Positions 52,098 through 64,000 of a stretch of DNA of 64,000 nucleotides are shown here, piece after piece. Made by a program: the position numbers and the translations under genes. The DNA is from Octopus vulgaris (lineage: Eukaryota). The notes below the pieces were generated by a model, which worked only from the letters and a program-made list of their open reading frames with translations, was not told the origin of the DNA and searched no databases. The stretch covers positions 186,001-250,000 of the forward strand of contig OX597827.1 in the NCBI GenBank assembly GCA_951406725.2, written 5' to 3'. Each line of letters opens with the position of its first letter. The stretch's first letter is position 1.

Positions 52098-52369
52098 GTG
52101 TGTGTGTGTGTACATAAAATCGTTTTTGTTTTTTCTTGAGCCTTAGGACTCATAAGGCCGGCTTTCAAGGCGTATAAAAGATCGACATCACAATATTCCT
52201 TTTCAACGGGACACTGATCCGTTACAGAGTCTAATACCAGCAATTTTGCGGCGAGTGGGGGTAAACTGGGAGCAAATCGATTACATTGAACCCTTGATTG
52301 GTATTTTATTTTATCGACCCTGAAGAGATGAAAAGCAAAGTTAACCTCGGTGGCGTTTGAACTCAGAAT

Positions 52370-52507
52370 GTACATACATACATACATACATACATACATA
52401 CATACATACATACATACATACATACATACATACATACATACATACATACATACATACATACATACATACATACATACATACATACATACATACATACATA
52501 CATACAT
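52370..52507. repeat. (CATA)n microsatellite
   Basis: Seen directly. Confidence 0.97.
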
Positions 52508-54039
52508 GTCCTGATGCAGTACCAGGCAATGGCTCTTATGTCTTCTGATCTTCACTGATTGGAAGTGTTATCATGTACATATTTTGTCTTGGTATAAAAG
52601 ACGGGCTACAAGAAATGTTCTTCTCAATACCACAGATCTGCATGCTAGTTGTTTGACCTTAACCAGTTGAACATGTCCCTTAGTATCTGACAATATGTGC
52701 ATCTCTGATCACAAGCAGAAGTAGTGGGGGAGCATCAAAGCCATGTATTGAGATGAATTCCTTGGGTTTGAATAATTCACCTCTGGAAACATGGGTGTTT
52801 CGTTCATCATCCTTAAAGAAACCATATTTAGAGACCTTTTGATCGGAGTAGGCTACTCAACTTGAAGGAAATTCTAACTGGGCCCTACCTGCAATGTCGT
52901 ACCCCGTTTATCTTGACATATGGTCACCATGTCGCGCACATATGGTTGTGATGCATGTGCCTGGTGTACCCATAACAGATGGTACATTTCTACCCCACTG
53001 TCGCTTTGATGGCGTGCACTGCTCTCTCACACATTAGCATCATCGTTTTACGTTCGCTTTTCTATGCTGGTATGAATCTAACGAATTTTCCCGGTTCGCA
53101 TCATCTTAGACACAACTAAGTAAACCAGCCAACTTCGTGGTTTGGCGTATCTTGCCAATATAAGAAGAACTAAGGTGTCCCCTATACATTGTACCAATAG
53201 TTATTCAGGTAACTATTAAGTTGGCTAAGATCTAGACTGCGGTCTGACTCATAAGAACCATTGTGGCACGTTTTCTATAACTGGATGTCCTTCCCATCAT
53301 CAACTAATCTACAGAGTATAGTAGGTGCATTTTATCGTCCATAAGTACTTGCGTGGTTGTCCACTATGAAGAGATTTTACCCCCCTCCCCTCCTCGACTC
53401 CGCTAACTTGTATCAGTTCTTATTTAGAGTTACTACCTTCCTAGACGGATTACTTACGATGCAGATTCGCTCTATTTTTGGCATGATTATATGAGGAAGT
53501 GTCTTCATGGTAATATGCTGGAGTGACCGAGGTTATTTATATGTGTCCTTATCAGTAGCCACCATTCAACAGCGCAGATCGGGTTCATTTTGTCATGTCA
53601 TCAGCGGTCCTACAGCCGGCTTTCTGTAGCAAAACGAGAAATTTCTGTTTACCCTATATCTGTTTTTTTTTTTTTTTATCACAGTTCTACCCTCGTTGAC
53701 GAATTGCCTGTGCTACGATTTGTAAAATCTAAATCTCCGTTCATTAAACACACACACACACAAATTGGAACACCGACACAGCGTATATGACCTTAAAATT
53801 GTCAAGAAATTTATAATTACATGTGTAATAAATGTATTTTTAGCCTTACTGTGCAAATAGACCCCGTGGTTAAAGGCAGGACACCCGGAAGTCAAGTGGG
53901 AGGAATTATCTGATTAGTTTCGATTTTTGTTAAGGCCGTCATCAGGATTTGATTTCTATGTTGAAAAAAAATTGTGAGAACTATTTTACTATCATTAAAC
54001 CAGTTGATAAGTAACGCCATGATGTCTGACAGACTTAGC

Positions 54040-54846
54040 TCTACAGGCACATCTTTCTTCCTACAGCATCTTGGTCGAGGATTTTACTTGGTACCAGCCA
54101 CTAACTCTATCATAACTACATTTGGAACCTTTACAATTTACTTCCTTCTCCAAATCCACAAACCCGACCACTTTATCATCTCTGCTTATACTCGTCTCAC
54201 CGAATTCATCTCCGAGGACCTCAACAAATTGTTCTCACCCCTGTCCTCACTTTCTTACCTTCCAGTATTAAACACACAACCATGCTTTAAACTTTTGCAA
54301 CTCATTTTCGTTTCCCCTAAACTCTCCAAACTTCTCTTCATTGCGTCTGTAACAGTTACTTCACATGGTCATCCTCCGCCTCCTAAAATGTGGGTCTACG
54401 AGCCCTTAAGCACTTTATTAATCATCACCCCAACAAAGTGTAGGGGTGGTGGTGATCGTCATCGCGAGTTTACCACCACCACCATTATCCTTCTTCACTT
54501 AGTTGAACATATCCATATTCTCAACTGCTTCTCTACGACTGTGGAGTTTTACTAGCTGGTCAGCAGGGTCGCTATGGACACTAAAACGAGACTCAATTCT
54601 TTGTAGGCCACTTCGAAGTCCAGATTTTTATCCTGTTCTCTGGACTAACCCCAGGAACTGTACGGTTGTAATACTGGTGCTACCTCACTCACCTGATATA
54701 AATTCAATTGGTTTAGCTTTAACACATTTCACCCTGCATTGAAATTCATTTCCACCATAACTAACACTTCTGTAGTCATCTTTGACACCTTAAAGACACC
54801 ACCTGTTCACTTCTAAGCTCACTCATGTCTTGTCTATTGCATCTGT

Positions 54847-54900
<54 letters not shown>

Positions 54901-55440
54901 ATTTCATTGATATCCAATTCTCTCAATTCCTCTGGTTGCATACATTAGTTATGCAGCACTGATCCAGACCTAAGATCGAGCAGGAGAACTGGAGAAATAC
55001 GGTGGTATTTATCCGTAATTGCAAGTCCTCTTGGCCGGTTGTGCTTATCGCGCATTCAACCAGTACCACCCTCCTACCCCAATACCCACACCTACAAATC
55101 GGATTCCAATTTTCTTTAACTTCTACTTGATCTGCCTCACATTCAATCACATACTCCACCAACATTTTCGTATTTCTTCTTTCTTATCCTATATCTGCAA
55201 CGACGTTCTTCCTACTTAGTCATCTCTCCTTCAAGAGAGACAAAAATTGTTGCTACATTTTAATTAGAAGCTTCTTATTTCTGCAATCACACTCAACTTG
55301 ATGCCTTCAAATTGTCTCACCGTATCGACCTCACCTGTTTCTTTTATCTGCATAACACTACAACCATCATCGACCCAAAACATTTCAAACTTTAACTGCA
55401 TATATCGTCATCCTCCGTTCCCCACGATCTGCAGTTATAT
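54040..55440 (+). mobile_element. Highly degenerate Penelope-like element
   Basis: YFLLQIHKP, ALTHF/FHPALKF, Y.SQ.L..H..C-type segments; C/T-rich sense strand like 18120-18540. Confidence 0.55.
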
Positions 55441-58400
55441 GTATCATATATTTATATGCTGAGGTATTTTGCAATATATTTGTGAAGATATACAATGGTG
55501 TGAATGTGAATGTGAGCAAGTGTGCGAATATGTGGACTGTATTTATGTTTTTCATGTTGACGGGGATATATGTATGTGTACATGCACGTATAGGTATACT
55601 TACACACTATACATACATTAGCATGTGTGTGAATATGTGAATGTATATGCGTATGAGCGTGCTGATATGTATGTGTATAATATCAATGACATGCGTGTAA
55701 GTGCCTGTGAATCTGAAAGCAGCGGTATAAGTATGTTTTATGTATGCGTTTATTCATGTGTATCTAAAGTTATTTACCATTTGTATTTTTAATTAATGAT
55801 AAGTAATTAAAATTTCAGGATTATTTCCACTACATTTCTTAACTAGAAATAATCATTACGCTAATGGGTCTTTTTTCTCCATGTTATGAATTAATTTTAA
55901 TAAATTAAAATTTCTTAATCTACTAAATTAAATATGCTAACATCCACTAATCCATCGCAAGGTCAAACCCTTGTTGCGACGTGGTAACTTTTGCCCCTCA
56001 ATGATTCTGAGAGCAATGCCAGAGGAGTGCAAGCTCTAGTAGGGCTTCTCATGCTGGATAGGTCAAGGAGTAGAGGTCAAACTGATACGGGCTACCTCTT
56101 TCCAGAGCTAAAAATGGTTTGCATCGAGTCAACACCTTAAAAAAAAAAAGCAGTTACAGAAGTATCGGCAACCAGTGGCGTAGTTAATATGGAAGCAAGC
56201 GGAGCCACCACAACCCACGAGCATAATTTTCAAAATTGGCGCTTTTTATAGAATGTATAATCAATGAGTTAAAAATTGTTTGGTATGTGTCACGGCACCT
56301 TTTTATGTGCTCGCTCTCCCAAAGTTTAGGACCTGGCTACGCTCCTGTCGGTGACAATTCAAATCCAATGAGAAAAGCCTCTCCTCAGAAAAGACAGGAA
56401 TCTTTTAAAATAGCTGGAGACACTGAGGAAGAGCTGGTGGAAGGGGGACAAAAACAGAAAAACGGGGACCAGTCGGAGAGAATAAGAAAAGACGGCCCAG
56501 AGTCGAGAACGGTGGGAAAGAAGTCGATGGAGCGAAGGCTTAAATATAAAAAACATAAAAAAAGTAACATGCAATAACCCCTAACTAACCCCTTTAATTT
56601 GAAGGCTTACAAGTGCCGCACATCCACAACACTTTCCTTCTTATTCTAATTCATTTTCGATCCCAATTTCAATTTTTCTCAGTTTCTTTTCTAAGCCGAA
56701 GGACTCACCCAAAATGTTTTCCGAGCCAAGAGAATTTCTACCTGGTCGTTCGACCTGCTAGAATTAACAGCCAAATCTTTCTCGAATCGCATCATACTGC
56801 TTTATAAAAGGTGGTGGGTACCCTGCACATTGGCAAAACGAGATGGTCACATCTGGGATGCGTTTGACAAAAAGCTTATTCAGTATTAACTTGAGGATTA
56901 ACAAAAGCTACAACGACGAAAACGTTACACACAAACATACAGAGGGAGGGGAGAGGGGTTTCTTTGCTATGGAGTAGGTGAGATGATAGAAGTTTTACAT
57001 TCATCTACTATACATACAAGTATACACACACAGACACAAATGCATATAAAGATAAAGGGAGAGAGACAGCAATATATAATTGATAATATGCATGTGAATG
57101 TCTATTTATTTTTATCAAATGGTTTCAGTTTAGACTAGGAATCGAAACTAATGAAGTTAAGAAGGTAACAAGGCGATCTTTCGTCTCTAGAAGACCTTTC
57201 CAGACGAAAGATTGCCGGTAACAATACACAATTACTACCTATCCTAACGGACTTGATACACTTTGACGGTAAAATCCGAAGTCCTGAGATGGCCTGCATC
57301 AATAGCATAACTTCACCATCACCACCACCACTACCAAAACATCTCATCTTCACTTCAGTCTCTTCATTATTTAAAAACTTGAAAACAAAGCAACAACGGC
57401 ACTTTCTTTCTCTTACCCTCACTCTCAGACGAAGAGTAAGTCTCCGAAGCGTTAGATGTTTCCCTCCTAACACCGGAGGAACTTAAGGAGATCTTCTAGG
57501 AACTCCAGTTTGAAGTTCTGCTGATCGTGCATATAATTTCAGGTGGCGACTGAAGCCGGCTGACACCGGTCTATATTTGGACTCCTAGAATCAGCTTCGA
57601 CTGATTATGATTTATTTCCATCATCTGCTACAACCGTGATTAACCTCATCTGCATGGTAACCCGACAGTTTCGCTTGTCTTCTGCTTTATTTACCAACAC
57701 AACCACGTCGGTATAGATGGGATTTATTTCTATTTGAATGGCCAGAAAGTGTCCGCTTTTCTCCTGCTTCGTTGCGCTGTCTTTCATCTCATGGTGAGTA
57801 ACTTCAATCGAAAAACTCTCAGATGTGTGTGTCTGTGTGTCCAGACCCACACATACATAATATATAGGCATAAATATACTCACACACGCACATTGTATTT
57901 CTATCTATCTATTTGGTCGACACACAAGAGAGTCGTAAACATTTGAATTACCGAAAATCATTTTATATAAAATAAAAGGAAAAATTGATCGGATATTTTT
58001 AGCCGGTTTTGGAACATGAAATGTTTTTATGATTGAGACAAAACGATATTGGAAGATTCTCTGTAAAAAAATGAAAATTGATTGCAAAAGAAAACACATT
58101 TTGTAAAAACCCTTTTCTTTATAATTTTAAAGATTACAACTAAAATAATGATTCGATCGGTTTCGATGCATTTAATAAAACATCTCGAGGAATGTTTGTG
58201 CTTTAGTAAATAATGCACTTTTAACATTAGCCATAAATCCTTAAGAAAAAGTATTGAGTGAGCACAATGCCGTAGATTTGTATATGAAGGGGGTAGAGTT
58301 GAGAGTCGAGCCCATTATATAACTGGTATGTATGCAAACAATGTCTGTGTGGCGGGATCTCTACAAGATCGCTCAATATGATACAAATAGCTGTGAAGTT

Positions 58401-58894
58401 TCTTTCAAATAACATCCTGTTTTTTTTCTTTTAAAAAGGGACACGTTGGATGTAATCTTCGATATATTTTTTAAAAGGTGTTTGAATAAGAAAAACAAAT
58501 ACATGCCAGGGTGGTCATTTCTGGAACATGATTGATCATAAGTCTGCTCTGACGGGGTCGAAATAGTAATAACAACTAGTATTTATTTGATCGACATTTA
58601 CTAGAGGTGATAGATCGATTTTAGTGAGATTTGAACTCCAGAATGTGAGGTAGCGAGTTTTTTGCTTAAAACAATTAATTTTGACTAAGTGCAAAGAAGC
58701 AGAGGCTTAGAAGTTGTGACGTTCATGCATTTCGCTTTCGATCTAATTATTTCCTCATCAATCAATACAAAATATTAATTAAAAGAAATAACTGTAACTC
58801 GAAGAACTCAAATACACACATAAACACATGTGTATGCATACATATAAACATGCACATGTACACGCACGCATACACACATATATAATGAGCATGT

Positions 58895-58936
<42 letters not shown>

Positions 58937-58954
58937 GCAAATCGTTGCTGAACC

Positions 58955-59018
<64 letters not shown>

Positions 59019-61104
59019 TGCAAACATGACTTATTTCTTCGCTTTGGCACTGACAGATCTAATTTATTATTTTTTAAACAACTCCTCCTAAAAAACATGA
59101 ACCAAAATGTCTTTCTCTTTAACATTTTCTATGTAAGTAGGGAAACAGAAGGAATGATGCCGTGTTGGGTAGATTTCGACCAAAAGCATCTCTTTTTTTC
59201 TTTTTTATTCCGAGTGTTTCATCTCTGTTAAAAAGTAAGAGAATCGCGGGAACATTTTTCTGTCACGAGATATTTTATTTATCGACTTAATTGTTAAAGC
59301 AGTTCATTTTTTAGAGCAAAACATCAACAGATCTGTTCAGATATTTTTTATTCTTATTAATTAACAATTTAATATTTATGCTTTATTTTTTACTAATATA
59401 ACTTTCCTTTAATTTAAAATTCTGCTAATTTTATTAGGCCAGATATATATTTTGGTTTCTAGTAATATCGTTTTTGCTTACTGAATGTGTCTACAAGAAA
59501 AAACAAACCAAAAACGAATGTTTTCCACCAGAAAAGAGATTTGAAAAGCAAAGCCCAATGTCGGATCGCGTTTTGTTCTGCTCTGTTATCTTTCTATCCA
59601 TCCGAATATATGAAAATGTGCGTTAATTTCTGTACTAAGTTCGTCTCCGGTTTAGATATATATATTTATATAGACCAGGTCCAGTTCATACACCTATTAA
59701 AATAAATTATTATATTTATATAGACCAGGACTAGCTCACCCATCTATAAAAATATATATAGTTAACTGATGAAGAACCAGGTTAAATCCTGTTTTTTATG
59801 TGTGTGTGTAACCATCACTAATAACTTTAAAAAGTTTGTGACGACAGAATAATTAGCGGTATTATACTGCTACTAATTTAATTAATTAGAACACCTCCTG
59901 CACAAAAGTACTCACCACGTACCCGTTACTTTAACTCTTTGCTTGCATTTTCGTGACTGTGTTGTAGTCAATGATTATTATTTAAGCATGAATGTCACAT
60001 AATATCACACTAGTACAGCCGGACCTGTGGAGTGCCGGATTAGCGAGTTTGCTTGGATAATTTAGATTCTTCGATTAACATGCACTTTTACTCATCAGTT
60101 AACCATCACATCGTATCTTTTAAAATACCCTGTAAATCCATATGATCGTCAATAAGGCGGGGAAATGGACATTAAATGAAAAGCAAATGAAATTTTGATA
60201 AAGAACAGGTAAAACAAGGGGGTATAGATAAGTACCCAGGTACTGTTGACTTGCGTAAGAAAGTTCAACGCTACCTCTTTCAAAATGAAGAGCTGAAATT
60301 TAAATTTCAGTTCCATATTAAGAAGTGGGAGCTAACAGGATCGTCATCTTTATCTCGAAAGGTGAGTAAAACATCTGAAACTGGTGATGAAATTGTCCTG
60401 TTGTCTTCAGGAACTGATGATGATAGTGGCAGCATGCTTGAGTGAACAGAAGTCCATGGTATTAAATTTTCAAATGTCAGTTCCCCTATTTCATTATTTC
60501 AGTTTTTAGCTATTTTTTAAAATGAATCTTTCAATCTAATCTGTTTCATATATTTTGGCCTTTCTTTGTTTAGTTTATTCTACAAAATGTAAACTTACAT
60601 AATTTCTTGTTAAGTTATAAAATTCTTATTCTACATCAGCTTTTCTCAACCTTTTTCACCCTTTGGGAATCTGCTAAAATATATTCTATGTATCAGGGAA
60701 ACCTCGCAAAAAAGTTGGTACATAGTTTTTTTGGTGCTACTTTAGCTTGCAGTCTACCAGAGTATTCATAGTTTATGCTGTGAAATGACCTGATCTGAAA
60801 TTAGATTTAGGATTAGCCTGCATGCTAAAGGGTTAATGGCCAAGTAGACCAAGCTCAAATGTAGCATCACTTTTTTATCTTCTTAGTCTTCTGTAGGAGA
60901 TCAAGCAAATTGTAAAACTGTCTTTGAAAGGTTTAGCTGTCTATGGTCATTAGATATCCCAATGAATATTTGAGAAGTTTTATCTAATACCATGCTTAGA
61001 TAAAATATCCCTACAATCCTCCGCTAAGAGGTCACTTTATGCTATGTGTTTGTATAATAAAATAATGATTATAGAATTAAACATAAAAATGCATTTGCAT
61101 ATAA

Positions 61105-62189
61105 GGCGCAGGTGTGGCTGTGTGGTAAAAAGGCAGGGATCTGGCCAAAACGTTAGCAGGCCGGGTGACATGCTTAGTGGTTATTCGTCTGCCGCTACGT
61201 TCATCATCATCATCGTCGTTTAACATCCGTTCTCCATGCTAGCATGGGTTGGACGGTTCGACCAGGGATCTGGGAAGCCAGAAGGCTGCACCAGGCTCCA
61301 GTCTTATCTGGCAGTGTTTCTACAGCTGGATGCCCTTCCTAACGCCAACCACTCCGTGAGTGTAGTGGGTGCTTTTTACGTGCCACCTGCACAGGTGCCA
61401 GGCGAGGCTGGCAACGGCCACGGTCGGATTGGTGTATTTTATGTGCCACCGGCACGGAAGCCAGACGAGGCGGTGCTGGCATCGGCTACGAGTCGGATGG
61501 TGCTTTTTACGTACCACCAGACCAGGGATCCTGGCTGGTCCAATTCGATTTCGATTTCGCTTGCCCCAACATGTTTTCGCAAGCAAGGGGGTTGGCATGG
61601 GTGCCTGTTGTACGGTCAGATTGGTGTATTTTATGTGCCACCGGCACGGAAGCCAGTGGAGGCGGCACTGGCATCGGCCACAAGTCGGATAGTGCTTTTT
61701 ACGTACCACCAGACCAGGGAACCTGGCTGGTTCGATTCGATTTCGCTTGCCCCAACATGTCTTCGCAAGCAAGGGGGTTGGCATGGGAGCCTGTCGTACG
61801 GTCAGATTGTTGTATTTTACGTGCCACCGGCACAGAAGCCAGTGGAGGCGGCGCTGGCATCGGCCACGAGTCGGATAGTGCTTTTTACGTACCACAAATT
61901 CCGCCGAGGTCGACTTTGCCTTTCATCCTTTTGGGGTCGATTAAATAAGTACCAGTTATGCACTGGGGTCGATGTAATCGACTTAATCCCTTTGTCTGTT
62001 CTTGTTTGTCCTCTCTATGTTTAGCCTCTTGTGGGCAATAAAGAAATAAGAAACTTACTTCCCCAACCACATGATTTTGGGTTGAGTCCCACTGTGTGGC
62101 ACCTTGGCCAAGCGTCTTCTACTATAACCTTGGGCTGACGAAAGCCTTGTGAGTGGATTTGGTGCACAAAAACTGAAAGAAGCCTGTCT

Positions 62190-62220
<31 letters not shown>

Positions 62221-62430
62221 CTGTGTTTGTTCTGTCAACTGCTTGACAACTGGTGTTGGTATGTTCACATCCCTGTAACTTAGTGGTTTAACAAAAAAAA
62301 TCAATAAAATACATACTAGGCTTTAAAGAAAAATGTCCTGAGGACTATTTGTTTAACTAAAAGCAGTCAAGGTAGTGCCCCAGCATAGCTGCAGTCAAAT
62401 GACTGTAACATGTAAAAGATAAAAGAAAAA
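61105..62430 (+). mobile_element. Nested SINE within SINE, carrying a third repeat (61202-61895) with about 190-bp internal tandem units
   Basis: Outer SINE head at 61105 resumes near 62055; inner SINE is split at GCTACGTT|...|AAATTCCGCCGAGG; tandem units start at 61422, 61614 and 61800. Confidence 0.8.
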
Positions 62431-62658
62431 AATGCAGATAATTAGTTTATTTCTCATAGAATCCATAGTGACTTTTGGAATGGTAGGGTTTTGATGAACC
62501 CCGTGATTCCATGTCTTTTACTACTTCATTGCCAAGTGACTTAACTAATCAACAGAATCTACTACAATTATTACTAGTTACTGCTATTTTGTTTCTCAGT
62601 ACTTACATCCATCAGTATAATAACGATCATTTCAGGTGGCGAGCTGGCAAAACTTTTA

Positions 62659-63225
62659 TTGGGTTGTCCGGAAAGTTTGTGCTGATTTATAGTAGCTTAA
62701 CTTTTGACTTATTTTAGAAAAATGGTTGAGTCCATAAAATAGGATTTGACTACACCTCCATTTAGAGCACAGTTTAAGCTATCTTTTCGTGGAAGAAGGC
62801 TTATGTTCCTATAAACTGTGTTAATTCTGTAACCCTTTAAAATAAAAGATGAGAAAGTTCATTTTCGGCACTTGATGCTTTGGGAACCAGACAAAAATTG
62901 CTGCAGCTCGGCTGGGATGTGTTACCCCACCCTCCATATTCACCAGATATTGCTCCTTCGGATTTCCACTTATTCAGGTCTCTGCAGAATAGTCTTAATG
63001 GTAAAAATTTCAATTCCTTGGATGACGTAAAAAGATACCTTGATGAATCCTTTGCCATGAAACCACCTCAATTCTGGGAAGAGGGTATTTTCAAGGTAAA
63101 GGAAACATGGAGATGCATTGTGCAACAAAATGGTTCATATTTAGTTGATTAAAAATTCAATGGCAAGTATTTATTGACCATTTTCTTTCCTTTAAAAATC
63201 AGCATGAACTTTCCGGACAACCCAA
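62659..63225 (+). mobile_element. Internally deleted mariner inserted into a SINE
   Basis: TA|TTGGGTTGTCCGGAAAGTT ... AACTTTCCGGACAACCCAA|TA; LGWDVLPHPPYSPDIAPSDFHLF. Confidence 0.93.
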
Positions 63226-63719
63226 TAGAATGCTGAGCAAAATGCTCAGTAGCATTTTGTCCATTGTTATGTTCTGCATTCAAATTCCACTGAGGTTGAC
63301 TTTGTCTTTCATCCTATGAACACTGGGGCTGATATTATCAACTTAGCCCCTCCCACAAACTTACTAACCATGTGCCAAAATTTGAAACCAATATAATAAT
63401 GACCATTTACCACATTGTCAGCAATGTTCATCTATTCTGTAACATTATCTTCAGTTATTGTGGATGCAAGACCCACAGCAATAGGTTTATAAGCAAATTG
63501 AAAGTAATTAAGTATAATCATTTTTTTTCTTTTAAAACCCTACTTATAGGTGCTGGCATGGCTCTGCGGTTAAGAGGCTTAACTTGCAACCATGTGGTTT
63601 TTTGTTTATTGTCAATGGTCAGCACCTTGGGCAAGTGTCTTTTACTATAGCCCTAAATCAACCAGTACTTTGTGAGAGAATTTGGTAGAGGCAACTGTGT
63701 GGTTGGCTGTCATAGTTAG

Positions 63720-64000
63720 TGACTTTAGGATCAGGACTAAGAGGATGACCAACATGGAGAAGAAGGATCTGGAAGCTTAAAAATCCTGCGAATGGACAGA
63801 GATTTAGGAACATCTTACTTGAAGCCGTTGACGAGGTAGAAGGGGATATAGCTTCACATGGGGTAGAAGACAACTGGAGGTCTCTAAGGGACAACCTGCT
63901 GAGAGCCACTGACCAGATCTGTGGCTGATGCAAAGTCCCCCTCTCGACCCAAAATAATGTGATGGTGGAACAATGTTGTAGACAGGGCTATTAGAGAAAA
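63720..64000 (+). mobile_element. LINE (RTE-group) fragment running off the window end
   Basis: SDFRIR...RRRIWKLK...W.SLRDNLL..TDQICG...WWNNVVDRAIRE, typical of the segment after an APE domain. Confidence 0.6.

Noticed and set aside
59765-59800. Hammerhead ribozyme (CTGATGA plus CAGG/CCTG stem)
   Set aside because: No GAAA core after stem II.
60160-60460. Possible coding exon or transposase relic
   Set aside because: Short, with stops and no identifiable motif.

Overview
Eukaryotic, AT-rich, repeat-dense DNA, most likely intergenic or intronic. The SINE and microsatellite complement resembles Octopus (inferred, not checked). No host protein-coding gene can be supported. The window is a stack of nested mobile elements: a near-complete Ty3/Gypsy element (1-4041) inserted into a Helitron Rep gene; a decayed Mag-type Gypsy element (about 4843-16831) whose integrase C-terminus carries an in-frame 51-bp minisatellite of about 3.9 kb; RTE, Penelope, R4/Dong and L1/Tx1 LINE relics; mariner, hAT and MULE DNA transposons; and many tRNA-derived SINEs. 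The main observation: both LTRs of the Mag element, and a third related LTR at 31383, are interrupted at the TATA-proximal initiator by L1/Tx1-type sequences in the sense orientation. Several of these are ORF1-only (RRM/CCHC) units stacked head-to-tail. This suggests a site-specific LINE family, with non-autonomous half-L1 partners, that targets and uses the promoter of an LTR retrotransposon. All alignments and coordinates were made by eye.
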